DNA from: Botryllus schlosseri
Lineage: Eukaryota
NCBI GenBank assembly: GCA_051294905.1
Contig: CM119372.1
Location: 36,272,001-36,336,000, forward strand
Length of the DNA stretch: 64,000 nucleotides
Reading direction: 5' to 3'
The notes beneath the pieces are model-generated. The model worked only from the letters and a program-made list of their open reading frames with translations. It was not told where the DNA came from and searched no databases. Below are positions 1 to 12,856 of this stretch, piece by piece (the first letter of the stretch is position 1; each line of letters starts with the position of its first letter). The position numbers and the translations under genes were made by a program.

Positions 1-620
1 TCCAGTCCGAGTCATAGTGTTTTGACTCGAGTCCGAGTCCAAGTCCAAGTGATCATGTTCACTGTTCAATTTTCAGTTCAATCCGGTTCAACTTACTTTT
101 TTCAACTCTGCTGGTGTGATATAGAATGGGTCGGATTTATAATATAGTAATTGAAATAAAATATTAGCTATCCATGTTCTTTATTTGCTTGTAGCTTTCT
201 AGCACCGCCGTAAAAAGTGTAGTGTGTAGTGCAGCGCTATGTTGCGCCAAATACTTTACAAGTCGATCAATATTTATATTTTTGGAATGAGTATGACAAT
301 TACATTTGATTGCTATCAGTCATAAATTCTAGCCTATTTACGACGAGTTTCGCTATCACAGGCGAGGCTTGGCCCGTTTGTGCCTCATATGTGCCATTAC
401 CTCTTTATTCGCGGTTTATTTTCGAACAATGAATATAAAAATTACATGATTTGGGAGTGAAATTGTTTGAAATCAAGTCATTCATAGACATCGATAGAAA
501 ATACCAATGATCATTGAAGGGTTCACAATTTTCCCTCACACATCCCTGACGACATATGAGGCACTGCCTCACTTGCCTGACCTATAACCCCACGTCACTG
601 ACTTATCACACCTTGCAGTG

Positions 621-1015
621 CAGGGGTGTCAAACATACGGCCCGCCAGACGATTTTATCCGGCCCGCACATCCTAAAAACGCATACTCCGGCCTAACGCC
701 AGATTACGACTAAAACAAAACGAGCATAAAAATATGCAAACATATAACGTCGTTACAGCTGTATTCAACCGGCCAATCATAGTATTTTGTCAATTCCGTT
801 ATTTGCGAATAACGATGGTGCTAGAACAGAACCACTATTGTCCTTAACGTCATGCAATCCCTACTATTATTTATATAGACCTGATAATACAGTAGTTATA
901 AGTGCAAAACAAGGACATGGATATTGAGGTAAACTTTTGGAACAATTAGACTGGTCCGGCCCGCGAGTGATCTGAAGGTTTGAATCTGGCCCGCGACGCA
1001 ACTTTAGTTCGACTG
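621..1015. mobile_element. hAT-type MITE (CAGGGGTGTCAAAC family), right end degenerate
   Basis: Begins CAGGGGTGTCAAACATACGGCCCGC and has GGCCCGCGA subterminal motifs near 960-1010; clearly similar to the copy at 27098-27634 and the end fragment at ~21310-21358. Confidence 0.6.
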
Positions 1016-1312
1016 TAATGGATAGCATATTTACAGCTGTATTAACTATGTTTGGTTGAACCTTCGCATATGGGCAGAAATATATGACGCACACTACTAA
1101 TCTCATATAATAGTGCTATCAACGTCACGAATTTTCGATTGTGACGTAACAGTTGATTGACATGTATGGCTCTTTGAGAGTTGCAAGTCAAAATATTGGG
1201 TCAATATGACTCTTCGGTCGAAAAAGGTTCTCGACCCCTGTTGTATATAAACCGGTATATACTGTCAGCTGTTTTAGTGTATCCTCGTTTTGTTTCTAAT
1301 ACTAGGTTATAC

Positions 1313-1754
1313 TAGGCTTACCATATTTCGGAAATGAAAAAAGAGGACACTTTTTCAGAAATTTCAGGCATGCAAAACTGGAGAAGAATTCTCAAAAACC
1401 GGTAAATTTCACCCGCTCCATGATCGGTTGACTAAAAAAAAAAAAAAAAAGGTCATCACTTCCGCTCAGAGCTCAAAAACACGTTTTTCACTCCTCATTG
1501 CTAGGTGGATGACTAAAAAAAAAAAAAAGTTCTTCATTTCGCTCAGAGCTGGAATCACCGCTTTTCCCTCCGAAATACCCGCCGGAGCTTCACTTCTGCG
1601 CTATCACTCGCAATTTCCTCTATATCTGACCTAAATTTTCAAAAAAGAGGACAGAATCTCAAAAAAGAGGACAAAAGGGCGTCCTCCGAGGACACTTTCA
1701 AAAAAGTCAAAAAAGAGGACAAATCCTCTTAAAAGAGGACGTATGGTAAGCCTA
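1313..1754. mobile_element. MITE with TAGGCTTACCATA...TATGGTAAGCCTA inverted termini
   Basis: Inverted terminal repeats plus repeated AAAAAGAGGAC motifs; related copy at 12026-12420. Confidence 0.65.
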
Positions 1755-3462
1755 CCAAACTTCCTTCTACGAGTGACGCACATGCTATCACGTTGAAAGA
1801 GCGGTGTTATATTGGCACCGGAAAGCGTTCGTAATCTGCATTATGGCCAAGCATATTCATTATCCACTTCCTGATGATTCACATGCCCAATCGATAACAT
1901 CATATGTAGATTGATTACTTTCTGTGACGCATCTTGATTACCTTAATACCACGCAATTTAATGGGTGCTTAGCCGTCCTCGTGGCTACTCATCACTACAG
2001 ATTCGTTCGTTCGGTGATGTAGAATATTCACCAGTTCAAAACCACGCAAGATTGCGATAGAATAGAAAGAGAGGAAGATACCGAAACGACTTGGAGTACA
2101 GTCTTTTAAATCAGACATCTAACTTGATTCAAATTTGGAAATTGCTAGTGCGACTTGTGCGAAAAATATAAGATAAAATGTGCGGTGTATATGCAACTCC
2201 ATATTAAAGGATGCTTGGATGCTTTGTTAAATCGTTTCGTAATTCTAAGAATATACACAAGGCTAAACGCATGTTAATAAAAATCGTCAAAATTTACATC
2301 AGTGATTGGGAATCACAGTCAAACTTATGACGAGCTTATTTGCCGACTTATACGAGGCATCAGTGCACTTGGTATATAAATACTAGTCCTCCTTCGGTCA
2401 TGAGATTTTAACTCGTTAAAATACGTATTTGACTGATAGTACAACCAAGTCCTCTTTTGTTGGTGACAAATGAATTCATATTGCTATAATTTGTTATGGA
2501 TCATCAAAATAATGTGAATCCATCTGATCTCTTTTGCTTTCTCGACATCATAAAATAAATAGCTATTCTCGACGCATCTTCGTTTCACAAGTATAAAATG
2601 TAGGCTTGCAAATATATGGTCCATGTACTTGGATAGGTGCGGCATATAATAGATGAAGTGGATATTCGCCCGTGAATTCTGTTCAGCTGTATGCAGTCTC
2701 ATCTCGTATATTAGGGTGATGGTTCTTTGGCCGGGTCCTTGAGAGTACAAGAGGTACCCTGAGCAAGTCTAACGGGTTCCGCTTCACATTTTCAGACATT
2801 CTCCACTCCTGATCATGAGTCGTGGTACCACGCCTGTCTTGGCCATCATTGTCTGCAGGCGATTAGGGTTGAAAAGTTGTCATGTCGAAATGTGACTGTT
2901 CTGATGGTACGTCGTGTAAAGTGTCGTGCCCAGTGGATGTTGGTGTTCAGAATCGAGACCCGGTTATTCTCAAATGCTGATTTTATCCACAATATTTATT
3001 AGCTCATTTGAAATTAAGCAATTGGTATCACGCAGTTACGTTTCGATCCAACAATACGAAGACACTTTTCAAGGGGAAGCCTCGTATTTCAAGCTGGTAT
3101 CTGAAAGGGAATAGCTGATGTCACACTGATGTGCAATTAATATTCCTTATGCTGTTTTCACTTCGTATGAAAATCATATTTTCATGTTTGGGTTCTTAAA
3201 ACTTTATTGGTACACAGTTAATTGCGTGGTCCAGTGATCTATTGTAATTTTTCTCTATCACAATTATGTGCATATAATCGAGTAAATTTATTGCGACTGC
3301 GTGTGGGACATGTAATCTCATAATACTAGAATTGTGTGCAGTCCTCATTGTCGACACTTGATGTTGCAAACGTATTCTCTTAGCTTTCAGGAATGTCTAC
3401 TCAATACTCTAATCAGTTTATTGCCTAAGGATTCTTACATCTGCCCCACAACTTCATGAGTC

Positions 3463-4518
3463 ATGGCGTGTATGGACGGGGACCTCGTCCCGTTGGCATA
3501 CGACGGCGTTGAGATGGACCCGGATCACGTTATAACAGCGGAATCTATTTTATGCGGGATTGCCGTCTACCTCTGCGTTTTCCAATGGCTTTATGTTTAT
3601 CGACATCACGTGAGGCGCGAATCAAAGAATTCAAAAACGATGGTTTCGAGCATTCTATTGGCGGTGTGCTGCGTAGTGTTGCTTCTGGGAGAGGTCATGG
3701 ATGTCGTGGCGATGGTGTACGCGAATGTGTATGTTACAGCAAGGGAAAATTACTGCGTGGCTTTGAAGACCATCAACGATGCCGAAAATTATTCGGACAA
3801 TCGCCATAACCTGTCAGAGGACTTTCCAAACGTGGTGCGCTACTGCGATATCTCTTCGTTCAACTTCGAAACCTTCCCAAGTGATCCAGCATGTCCCGAA
3901 AAAGAACGAAACGACGCCATAGACTATGATCTAGCTGGCCGCTACTGCGGCTTTATAGCGTACGCGATTTCTCTCGCGGTTATATACGGCGTTATATGGC
4001 AAAGGCAGAGGTCGATTTATCGAGAAACGGCCTTGTCTCACCTGTCAAATACCGTAACGAGGTTTATTAGTAAATATTTTATAGTTTACGTGACAGCGCT
4101 TACGATTGGGAATGTAACAGTATGCATGTATTTTTTCAATGATTACTCGTTGAATGTCACTACCAACCTGTTGCAATCAGGGTCGTTTACCGCACTGCTG
4201 TTGCTGTTTCCCTGGGCGGTACAACTGCCCATGCTGATTCTGTTTATATATCCGCTCATCAGAGTCAAAGATTTCAATCGTAACTCGAATATCGTGACCC
4301 ATCCGAAATACGTTCGACTCATAAAACGGATTATTGTTCTTACGTCGGCTTGTCTGGCCTCTGATACTGTGATGGCGGTAGCTACCGGGTATACTTTCGT
4401 GCTAATAAATTCCCGATTCACAATCCCCCACATTAACATCACGGTCAATCTAATTTGCGTGAACTTAATCGCGACGGATTGGAAATCGCGGCTTGTCCCG
4501 TGGATGGCTGCATGCTGA
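3463..4518 (+). CDS. Orphan 7TM (GPCR-like) membrane protein, paralog 1 (351 aa)
   Basis: Single-exon ORF with seven hydrophobic segments; WQRQRSIY after segment 3, LFIYPL in segment 5, DWKSRLVPW after segment 7; paralogous to three other ORFs in the window. Confidence 0.85.
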   Translation: MACMDGDLVPLAYDGVEMDPDHVITAESILCGIAVYLCVFQWLYVYRHHVRRESKNSKTMVSSILLAVCCVVLLLGEVMDVVAMVYANVYVTARENYCVALKTINDAENYSDNRHNLSEDFPNVVRYCDISSFNFETFPSDPACPEKERNDAIDYDLAGRYCGFIAYAISLAVIYGVIWQRQRSIYRETALSHLSNTVTRFISKYFIVYVTALTIGNVTVCMYFFNDYSLNVTTNLLQSGSFTALLLLFPWAVQLPMLILFIYPLIRVKDFNRNSNIVTHPKYVRLIKRIIVLTSACLASDTVMAVATGYTFVLINSRFTIPHINITVNLICVNLIATDWKSRLVPWMAAC

Positions 4519-4749
4519 GGGACATGCGTCGATGCCGAAGCAAATAGCGAATCGGGTGTACCAAATATGGAGATTGCAAGCGACCCACGACCATGAATGG
4601 GACCACTTAGACGTGCGTTTTTGGCGAGTTATCGTAGTGCTATATTCCACTGCTGCAACACCGAGGTCGACTCCAGAATTTCTACCAAGGTCTTGGAGGT
4701 TTATCTAGGAATATCCTCGGAATCTCATCCGCGGAGGCAGTGCCTTGTA

Positions 4750-4950
4750 AAATCGCGGCTTGTCCGTGGATGGCTGCATGCTCCTGGACAAGCGTCGATG
4801 CCGAAACAAATAGCGAATCGGGTGTGGCAAGCGTGAAGATTACAGGCGACCCGCGACTGTGAACTGTGATCACTGAGACGTGCGTTCGTGACGAGATATC
4901 GTAGATATCGTTCCACAGTTGCAACACCAATGGTTCGCGACCAAGGTCGG
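4750..4950 (+). pseudogene. Orphan 3' tail of a 7TM paralog (second copy of 4483-~4690)
   Basis: AAATCGCGGCTTGTCCGTGGATGGCTGCATGC repeats 267 bp after 4483; with a 1-bp deletion it encodes WMAACSWTSVDAETNSESGVASVKITGDPRL*. Confidence 0.8.
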
Positions 4951-6154
4951 CTTCATAGTCCCTACATATGTTTTTTTAACCCTACAGACGATATACACGC
5001 GATATAGTCGACGTATATACAATATGGATCGGTTAGAGCCCTCGAAATCGTCGTCGGATCATTGGTATGAAATGAATGTTCAGATGTTGATGACCAACGG
5101 CTCGTTGGCGACGACTATAAAAATGCATCATAGCGATGTGAATCATAGTCAAACTGATGAGCGTGTTTGCCAACTTATACCCGGTAACAGTGCACTTGGT
5201 ATATATATATTAGCCCTGTATCAATTGTATAAATTTACCTCTTTAAAATAAGCATTTATTGAATAGTGCCATCGAATCTACTTATGGTGGTGACAAATGG
5301 ATTCATCTTGCTGTAATGTCTTAGTTTCAAAATTTAAATATGTAGATTTGCAAGTACATTTTCGAAGCACTTGGATAGGCGGGACTTGTAATGGATGAAG
5401 TAGAAATTCGCGCGTGAATTCTGTACACCCGGGTGTAGTCTCATCTCGTATATTAGGGCGATGGTTCTTAGAGGGGGTCCATGGAAAACCGTGGTTACCT
5501 GAGCAAGTCTCAAGGGTTCCGCTGGACGTCAATAGATATACTCGACTCGTACACATGAGTCGTGGTAACACGCCAGTCTTGAATGCGCGCAAGTAGACGT
5601 GATTAGTTGTCGAATCGTGATTTGTGTGGTGGTACGTCGTGTACAGTGACGTAGGCTACTCGGGGGATGTTGGGGTTTGCAATCTAAACCACGTTATTCT
5701 CAAATGCTGATTCTATCTCCAATAGTTATAAGCTCATTTGAAATTAAGCAACTGGTGTTACGCTGTTACATCTCGACCGAACAATATAAGTCACTTTCCA
5801 AAATGAAACCTCGAGTTTCGAGCTGGTATCTGAATGGGAATAGCGGTAGTCACTCTGATGTGCAATTTATATTCATAAATCATATTTTTGTGTTTAGGCC
5901 CATTTAAAACTGTACTGATGCACAGTTCATTTTTGCTGCAATAATCTTTAGTAATTCTGTTCTATAGCAATTATGTGTATATAATTAAGTAAATCCCTTG
6001 TTACTGTGTGTAGGACATTTGAGCTCATAATACTAGGATTGTGCAGTCTTCATTGTCGACACTAGATGTTGCGAAGGAATTCTTTTTACGTTCAAGAAAA
6101 TCACGGTACTCAATGCGGAAGGATTCTCACACAAGCGCCACAATTCTGTAAGTC

Positions 6155-7228
6155 ATGACGTGTATGGATGGGGACCCGGTGCCGTTGGCATACGATGGCG
6201 TTGAGATGAACCCGGATCACGTTATAGCAGCAGAATCCATTTTGTGCGGGATTGCCGTCTACCTCTGCGTTGTCCAATGGCTTTATATTTATCGACATCG
6301 CGTAAGCCGCGAATCCAAGAATTCAAAAGCGATGGTTTCGAGCATTCTATTGGCGGTGTGCTGCGTAGTGTTGCTTCTTTCGGAGGTCATGGATATCGTG
6401 TCGATGGTATATGCGAATGTGTATGTTACAGCGCGGGAAAATTACTGCCTTGCTTTGAGGACTATCAACGATGCCAAGAATCATTCGAACAGTCCGCAAA
6501 ATCTGTCTGTGGATTTTGCAGACGTCATACGCCACTGTGATTTAGCTACATTGAACTTCGAAACGTTCCCAAGTGAACCAGCGTGTCCAGAAAAAGAACG
6601 AAACAGCGCCAAAGTCTCTGATATAGCTGATCGCTACCTCGGCTTTATCGCATACGCGATTTCTCTAGCGGTTATATACGGCGTTATATGGCAAAGGCAG
6701 CGGTCGATTTATCGGGAAACGGCTCTGGCCCACCTGTCCAATAACGTGACTAGGTTCATCAGTAAATATTTTATAGTTTACGTGACAGCCTTAACGATTG
6801 GGGATGTAACGGTCTGCATGTATTTTTTCAATGATTACTCGTTACATGTCGCTACCAACCTGTTACAATCAGGGTCGTTTACTGCATTGCTGTTGCTGTT
6901 TCCCTGGGCGGTCCAACTGCCCCTGCTGATTCTGTTTATATATCCGCTCATCAGAGTCAAAGATTTCAATCGTAACTCGAATATCGTGACTCACCCGAAG
7001 TACGTCCGACTTATAAAACGCATTATTGTTCTGACGACGGCGTGTCTTGCGTCCGACACTGTCGTAGCGGTAGCAACAGGGTATATTTTCGTGATCATAA
7101 ATTCCAGATTCACACTCCCCCACATTAACATCACGGTCAATCTGATTTGCGTGAGCTTGATCGCGAGTGATTGGAAATCAAATATTATATTTTCGGTTTC
7201 AGAGCGACAGTATCTTACGCTAAGATAA
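6155..7228 (+). CDS. Orphan 7TM (GPCR-like) protein, paralog 2 (357 aa), with replaced C-terminus
   Basis: Very similar to paralog 1 up to DWKS (7179), then unrelated NIIFSVSERQYLTLR* instead of the family RLVPW tail. Confidence 0.8.
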   Translation: MTCMDGDPVPLAYDGVEMNPDHVIAAESILCGIAVYLCVVQWLYIYRHRVSRESKNSKAMVSSILLAVCCVVLLLSEVMDIVSMVYANVYVTARENYCLALRTINDAKNHSNSPQNLSVDFADVIRHCDLATLNFETFPSEPACPEKERNSAKVSDIADRYLGFIAYAISLAVIYGVIWQRQRSIYRETALAHLSNNVTRFISKYFIVYVTALTIGDVTVCMYFFNDYSLHVATNLLQSGSFTALLLLFPWAVQLPLLILFIYPLIRVKDFNRNSNIVTHPKYVRLIKRIIVLTTACLASDTVVAVATGYIFVIINSRFTLPHINITVNLICVSLIASDWKSNIIFSVSERQYLTLR

Positions 7229-8102
7229 ATTTCTCGCTCGGGCGCAAGCTATCACATTCCATATCTGTTATTATAGTTGTGTTCAGTTGTCCCACTGTGC
7301 AGTATAGTGCATTTCGCATCTATCCGTAGGTTAGTTGTCTATACTCTATGTCGGGAGCTTCAACATTGTTTGATTTTGCAATGCGCATTTTGCAATCACA
7401 ATTTATAGCAGTAATCGTTAGATAATGGAAGTGATTAGTGATTAGTATCCTGTGCATTATTTAACGTGATATGGCACATTTCTTTGTAGACTGTTACTTT
7501 CAAATCCATACAGATGTAAAATCAAGCACGTAGCTTATAGAGCAGTTTAATGTGAGTATACTGTAATGCAGTGTAATAACTTATGTTTGTCAGTAAGCAC
7601 GCAATGAGTTACATCCTGACTAACTGTAATCTTTATTACCGCGCAGTGCTGTGAATTTTGTCAAATGGCATCAACGCAAGGAGAATGGAAAGACTGGAAA
7701 GAGCAGAATTTGTTTATGCTTCAATTGGTGATTATGACGCTCCCATAATAACATATGCGATCTTGCGATCAATTAACCTATGGGGATAGCGGCTGAGGGT
7801 CTTGTGAATTGTGATTGATAGTGGCGGTAGTTAGGCGAAATCTAAGCTGTATAACGCTTCCACAGAGTGACGTAAAATAGCGGCTTCAGGAAGGCATTTA
7901 TGATCTGAGAAACTGCTCGAACACTCTGCAATTGTGACCGCGTCAAGAATTTTAGGGGCTTTCGTCACTAGGTCACGCCACTGGACTTGCATTGACGGTA
8001 AACCGCCCAGGGTGTTATGTTTCAGACAAGTTCCGCTTCTGCTTTATGAATTTTAGCGCAAACTACTTACTGTTCGCAGATTGGGTTCTGAAAGTCTTAA
8101 AC

Positions 8103-9437
8103 CAGTGGTGCTAAACCTTGCCTCAAGCGCCCCCCAAGGGGCGCTGGCGATTTTAAAGGGGGCGGAAACGCTCAGGGGGCGATATGGGGGGCGCTGGGCT
8201 CATGGGGGCGATAAGGGAGCGCTGAAGAAAAATGGCTTCGCAGTAGATGATGTGGTAGCAGGACATATCCTTAACGATTATTCAGAACGAATTAACATTC
8301 TACAAAACATGTCAAATCCCGAAATTTTTGGTCGCGCTCCGCGACGATGTTTGCTACTTATGTTTTCATAAATGTAGTGGGTTATTATAATTCATATAAA
8401 ACGAATTGCGCGTACTTATAGATCGTCAATTTCCCGTTATTTAAAACACTGCCGTCACGCTTGCTAGGGTTATTTTCAACAAAATGTTTCGAGTTAGGTA
8501 ATGTATCCCGCAGCGCACAGCGTGTGAAAATCGAAGAATGAGCCACTGTATATCACGTTTGAATGAGAGTTAGAGCCTCTTGTACATAAAATAAATTTTA
8601 AAGCTTTGTGCACGAAATGAATAACTTTGAGAGCTACAAAATTAAATCGTCAGAATAGTTCTTCATCGTATCACAAAGGATGATCTCGTGCTGTGGTTCA
8701 CGACTTCACATGAACGTTCTATAATATGAGTTGCTTTGTTTGGAATACCTTCATGTTAAAATAAATAAATGGGCACAGTACTAAATTCAATGTGAGCAGA
8801 TATATGCATCCCATTCTCAGTTGACTTACTTATAGTTACACAAAGCACTAAGACAAAATCCAATACCACCAATTTCCAGGCCACTCGCCGAAGTGAATTC
8901 GGGAGGGTTCGAATCACGGGTGTGAGACCGTACCCGAAAGTTGTTATAACAACCTTGATTTGACCCTGAATATACGACACGTAATTAATATATGGTTTAT
9001 TATAGTCGAATGGTCCTCGAGCGCGATTAAAGCACGAAATATTTACAATATACCAACAGCTCACTCAGCGCTACTGGTAAATCTGATTACGTGGGCTGAG
9101 AGGATAAAAAAATTATAGTGACATATATATGCAATTACAACCTATTTCATTCATGCATTATTGTAAATATTTGCTCTAAGGGTGACCAGGCCACATAAAA
9201 TTAGCTGACCATCGAAATCGCGCGACGGGATTATTGGGGGCGAAGCCCTCATGAGTTTGGTTAATCACGCTATGCGTGCCTAAGACAATCGTTTTTAGGG
9301 GGGTTGACGAAGTGCTGTAACGGCCCTCCGTCTCACCCATTGTCTTAATTACAGTCCTTACAATATGAGGTGGGGGGCGCTGGAGCACGATAATTTTTGA
9401 AAGGGGGCGCTGGAAGAAAAAAGGTTAAGAACAACTG
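8103..9437. mobile_element. Non-autonomous hAT-type element
   Basis: CAGTGGTGCTAAACCTT ... AAGGTTAAGAACAACTG termini with GGGGGCGCTG subterminal repeats at both ends; TSD not clearly preserved. Confidence 0.55.
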
Positions 9438-9440
9438 TGT

Positions 9441-10232
9441 TAGGGTGTTTGGAGGAATTTTATAGTGCAACTTTTTGCAACTTTTCCCTACCTTTCATGC
9501 CAATTTTTACTGCAACTTCTATCAAATATTGCATTAAAATGTAAAGGAGTGATTTGAAAACATGCTATAAACTATTTGTAGGATGGTTCTATTCTCTTTG
9601 ATATGCAAAATAAAGAGCTATATGATGGGTTAACTGCATCTCACTGTTATCTATGACCCAATGGCTTGCAAGCAAGATGTTTCACTACCCCTGCCAAGAA
9701 CGACCGTGCCCAAACGATAGATAAATAGATCGCTTTATTAATTCTGTCGTTTGAATTTGAAATAGTTTTCCATTTCACGAGCGCCCAGGCGAGACTGCCG
9801 AAAATTACATTTTCACTAGGTCACCTTCACCTTTTTCAGGCTATTGTCTGCGTTGAAGTCACCGAGAGTGAGTTTTCTGTAATGCCTTGGGTCAAGTTTG
9901 CAGATCTAGACGGTTTGGGGTGTGTTATTTAACTTGTCTGAGGGGGTTGGGATTATCGCTATGCTCTTTGGCTTTTTGTTCCCGCATTGCGTAATTTTCT
10001 AGCTATGTGCCCGAAAAAATGTAATTTATGGCGGTTTCGCTAGACCGTGCGTTAAATGGCAATAAAGTAACAGATTTCACAGCTCTGCCGGAATTAGGTT
10101 ATACAACGGAACCTTTCGAGTATCTCATACCCTCATAATTCAACAAAAATTTTAAATGCAACTTTTTAGTGCAACTTTTGGTAAAATTAAATGCAACTAT
10201 GTCGCGATTTTAGTGCAACAAAAACTAGCCCT
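9441..10232. mobile_element. Probable MITE (TAGGG...GCCCTA) with repeated TGCAAC motifs
   Basis: TAGGG start, CTAGCCCTA end and multiple AGTGCAAC/ATGCAAC subterminal repeats near both ends. Confidence 0.4.
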
Positions 10233-10999
10233 AGTAATCAGCTTATCAAATTTTGAGCTGTGCCACGAAACATTTTCAAATTAGACAAGGAGTAACGACT
10301 ATGAAAGGTTGGGAACCACCGGAAGTGCGGTCTTTATATAGCTGGGTGGTGCAGTGCGCACCAGCATAGACTGATAAATATTCTCATCGGTGTGACATGA
10401 AGATGACTTAACGATGTACAACTACGCTCCTTGCATTTTTGAAGTCATCATCCCCCACCAGCTCTACCGCTAACTCTGATCATGTGGGTGGAGAGAGGAT
10501 CAAATTGTATAGTAATATATGGAAGAACCAATATTATTGACAGAGGTGGTCAAAGTAGTTAAGAAAGCTACTCAAATAGAAGTAGAAGTAGCGACGAAAA
10601 AATCTACTCAAGTACGAGTAGAAGTACTTCTTCCATAAGCAACCACAAACTACTTGAAGTAGAAGTAGAGTTGACCTACTTAAAATCTACTCAAGTAAGT
10701 AAGTAGTTGTGAAAACGATCCTAATTCGTTCACATGGATTGTCAAAAGGTGATATTTGAACTATTCGAAAGGTGCCGAGCTCGATTCATATTGATGCATA
10801 CGAGAAGGTATCCAATTTTCGACAGCATAAGCATTCGTCCGCATCATCTGTTTTCTCGAACAACACGTTTTAGAAAATATCATGGTATGGCGCCCTACTC
10901 CATATTACAAGGCCCTTAGTTTAGTAGAAGAGCAATACGGAGATGTTGTATAGGATACGGTGTAAACACTTTGCGCGATTAGTAAACGTTAATAAAAAA

Positions 11000-11570
11000 T
11001 ATGGTGGACCGTGAAAATTCCATATTGTATAGCTTTATTTTCGGAAATTAGAGGCATTACACACTTGCACACTCGCTGTCAATCAAGGAACTACGATCGC
11101 AAATCGCCAAACACTGTGAGGAAAGATGGAATGATGAATTCATGGAATCAGATGATTATTCGCAATATCGCGAAATATTTGCTTCGCAAGCAATCTTGCC
11201 AAGCTGCAGCATATCCTCACGAAATATCTCATCAATTCTGTAAGATTGCAGACGAGCCACTGCAGACTCCACTGGCACCTTCGCAGAATCGGATGTCACA
11301 GCACGGGTTTATGCGATACGTGCGATATCGACGAGACGGTCGACCAATTTTTAATTCATTGCGAACGCTACTCGAACCACTGCGATCACTTGAAGACGAC
11401 AGCGGCGAATCTAGGTATACCGTTTCAGCTCACAAAACTACCAGTGGCTGAATCCGTTATCCTCACCGACTGACAGTTGTGACGCTAATGGATCTATCAG
11501 ACTCTTGAGACCTGGTGTAAAAGGCCATAGTAGCCACACACCATATGAACAATACTAACAACAACAACAC
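11000..11570 (+). mobile_element. 3' remnant of an I/Nimb-like non-LTR retrotransposon
   Basis: Translation RLQTSHCRLHWHLRRIGCHSTGLCDTCDIDETVDQFLIHCERY resembles the C-terminal CCHC region of I-group LINE ORF2; followed by an (AAC)n tail at ~11558-11569. Confidence 0.65.
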
Positions 11571-12025
11571 TTGCATTTATACTTCAACATGTATGTTATC
11601 GACAGACAAGAACCGATATTAATTAGAACTCAAAGTATATGATACTGGGAATTGAAAGTGAATCATAAATACTACTGCTAAAACCGGAACATGTATTTCA
11701 TGTCTTTAGTCCAGAAAGTTTCAAAGGTGGTATGCTAAAACAGCTCTAAAACTAAAAAAAAGTAAGAGTCCACTTTTCCAGATTAGGACACGTCATGGAC
11801 ATGCTAGATTACGATATGATAAGTAACTGCTGGATTGCGAAACGTCAGTTTCAAAGATTGTGAAGAGCCATATGTACTGTGATGAAATATTTCATATGGG
11901 CGAAGGGCGACAATGTGGTGTGAACTGCGCTGTGAGGAATACAAGATATTGAACGGTAGACATGCGGACGTAGGAATTTGGAATATGAAATATGATTGTT
12001 AAATCGCAAGTCGAATTCCTCTTGT

Positions 12026-12420
12026 CAGGGTTACCATATTTTGGAAATCTGAAAGGGAGAACACTTTTCAAAATTTTCAGACTTACCACACTGAAGTAAA
12101 ATCCTGAAATAATGGTAAATTTCTCGCGGGTTTCTGGTTGGTTGACTATAAAAAAAAAAGGTCACTTTTCCGGCTCGGTTCCAGAAGTTACCACTTTTGT
12201 CGAATTCTCCGTTGGTTGAATAAAATAAACAGGTCAACTTTCCGGCTAAGCTTCCGGAATAGCCGCCTGAGCGTTACTTCAGTGCTGATTCACTGTATCT
12301 CGGTCGAATTTTACCCTATATTTAACCAAAATTCTCAAAAAAGAGGACATTTGGGCGTCGTCCGAGAACTCTTTCAAAAAAAGGACAAATCCTCTTAAAA
12401 GAGGACGTATGGCAACCCTA
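12026..12420. mobile_element. MITE, same family as 1313-1754
   Basis: CAGGGTTACCATAT...GTATGGCAACCCTA termini; shares AAAAAAGAGGACA...AAATCCTCTTAAAAGAGGACGTATGG. Confidence 0.65.
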
Positions 12421-12856
12421 TCTTAAGTCCAGGGACCTATTGGATAGGAAGTGACACAGCAGTGCGATCAAACATATTTGAATTATATATTTCTGTAACT
12501 AATATATTTCCATGTAAACGGCATGTAACGATTCGGCATTGGAGTTTTCGCTTCTGTGAATGATTAGTTTTTGGTCCATTTTCCCATAAAACTCCGGACT
12601 CATTCTCGAATTAGAGAGAGACCTCAACGCCGTAGCCTGGTGATTATTATATGGCCTACGAGCAATGTTCCCTCTAAGCTGCGCACGTGCGCAAATGCGC
12701 AGTGCTGAGACGGTCTCTGCGCACAGAAAATCTCCGTTGCGCACAAAAAATCCGAAGTGATGACCTTTTTTTTTAGTCATTACGCACTGTTGTCCAAGGG
12801 TCTGCGCAGTAGGTTGGTGATCGTGCGCAGGCTTGGCAAAAATTCGAGGGAACATT

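Larger units (their letters stand above)
2310..7179 (+). repeat. Tandem segmental duplication (~2.7-2.8 kb unit) carrying 7TM genes 1 and 2 and their upstream DNA
   Basis: Non-coding 2310-3462 aligns by eye with 5140-6154 (e.g. GAATCACAGTCAAACTTATGA vs GAATCATAGTCAAACTGATGA; CTCAAATGCTGATT...AGCTCATTTGAAATTAAGCAA in both), and the CDSs are near-identical over long stretches. Confidence 0.9.

Noticed and set aside
11011..11451. 146-aa ORF as a host gene
   Set aside because: It overlaps the LINE 3' remnant, whose recognisable CCHC-like peptide is in another frame.
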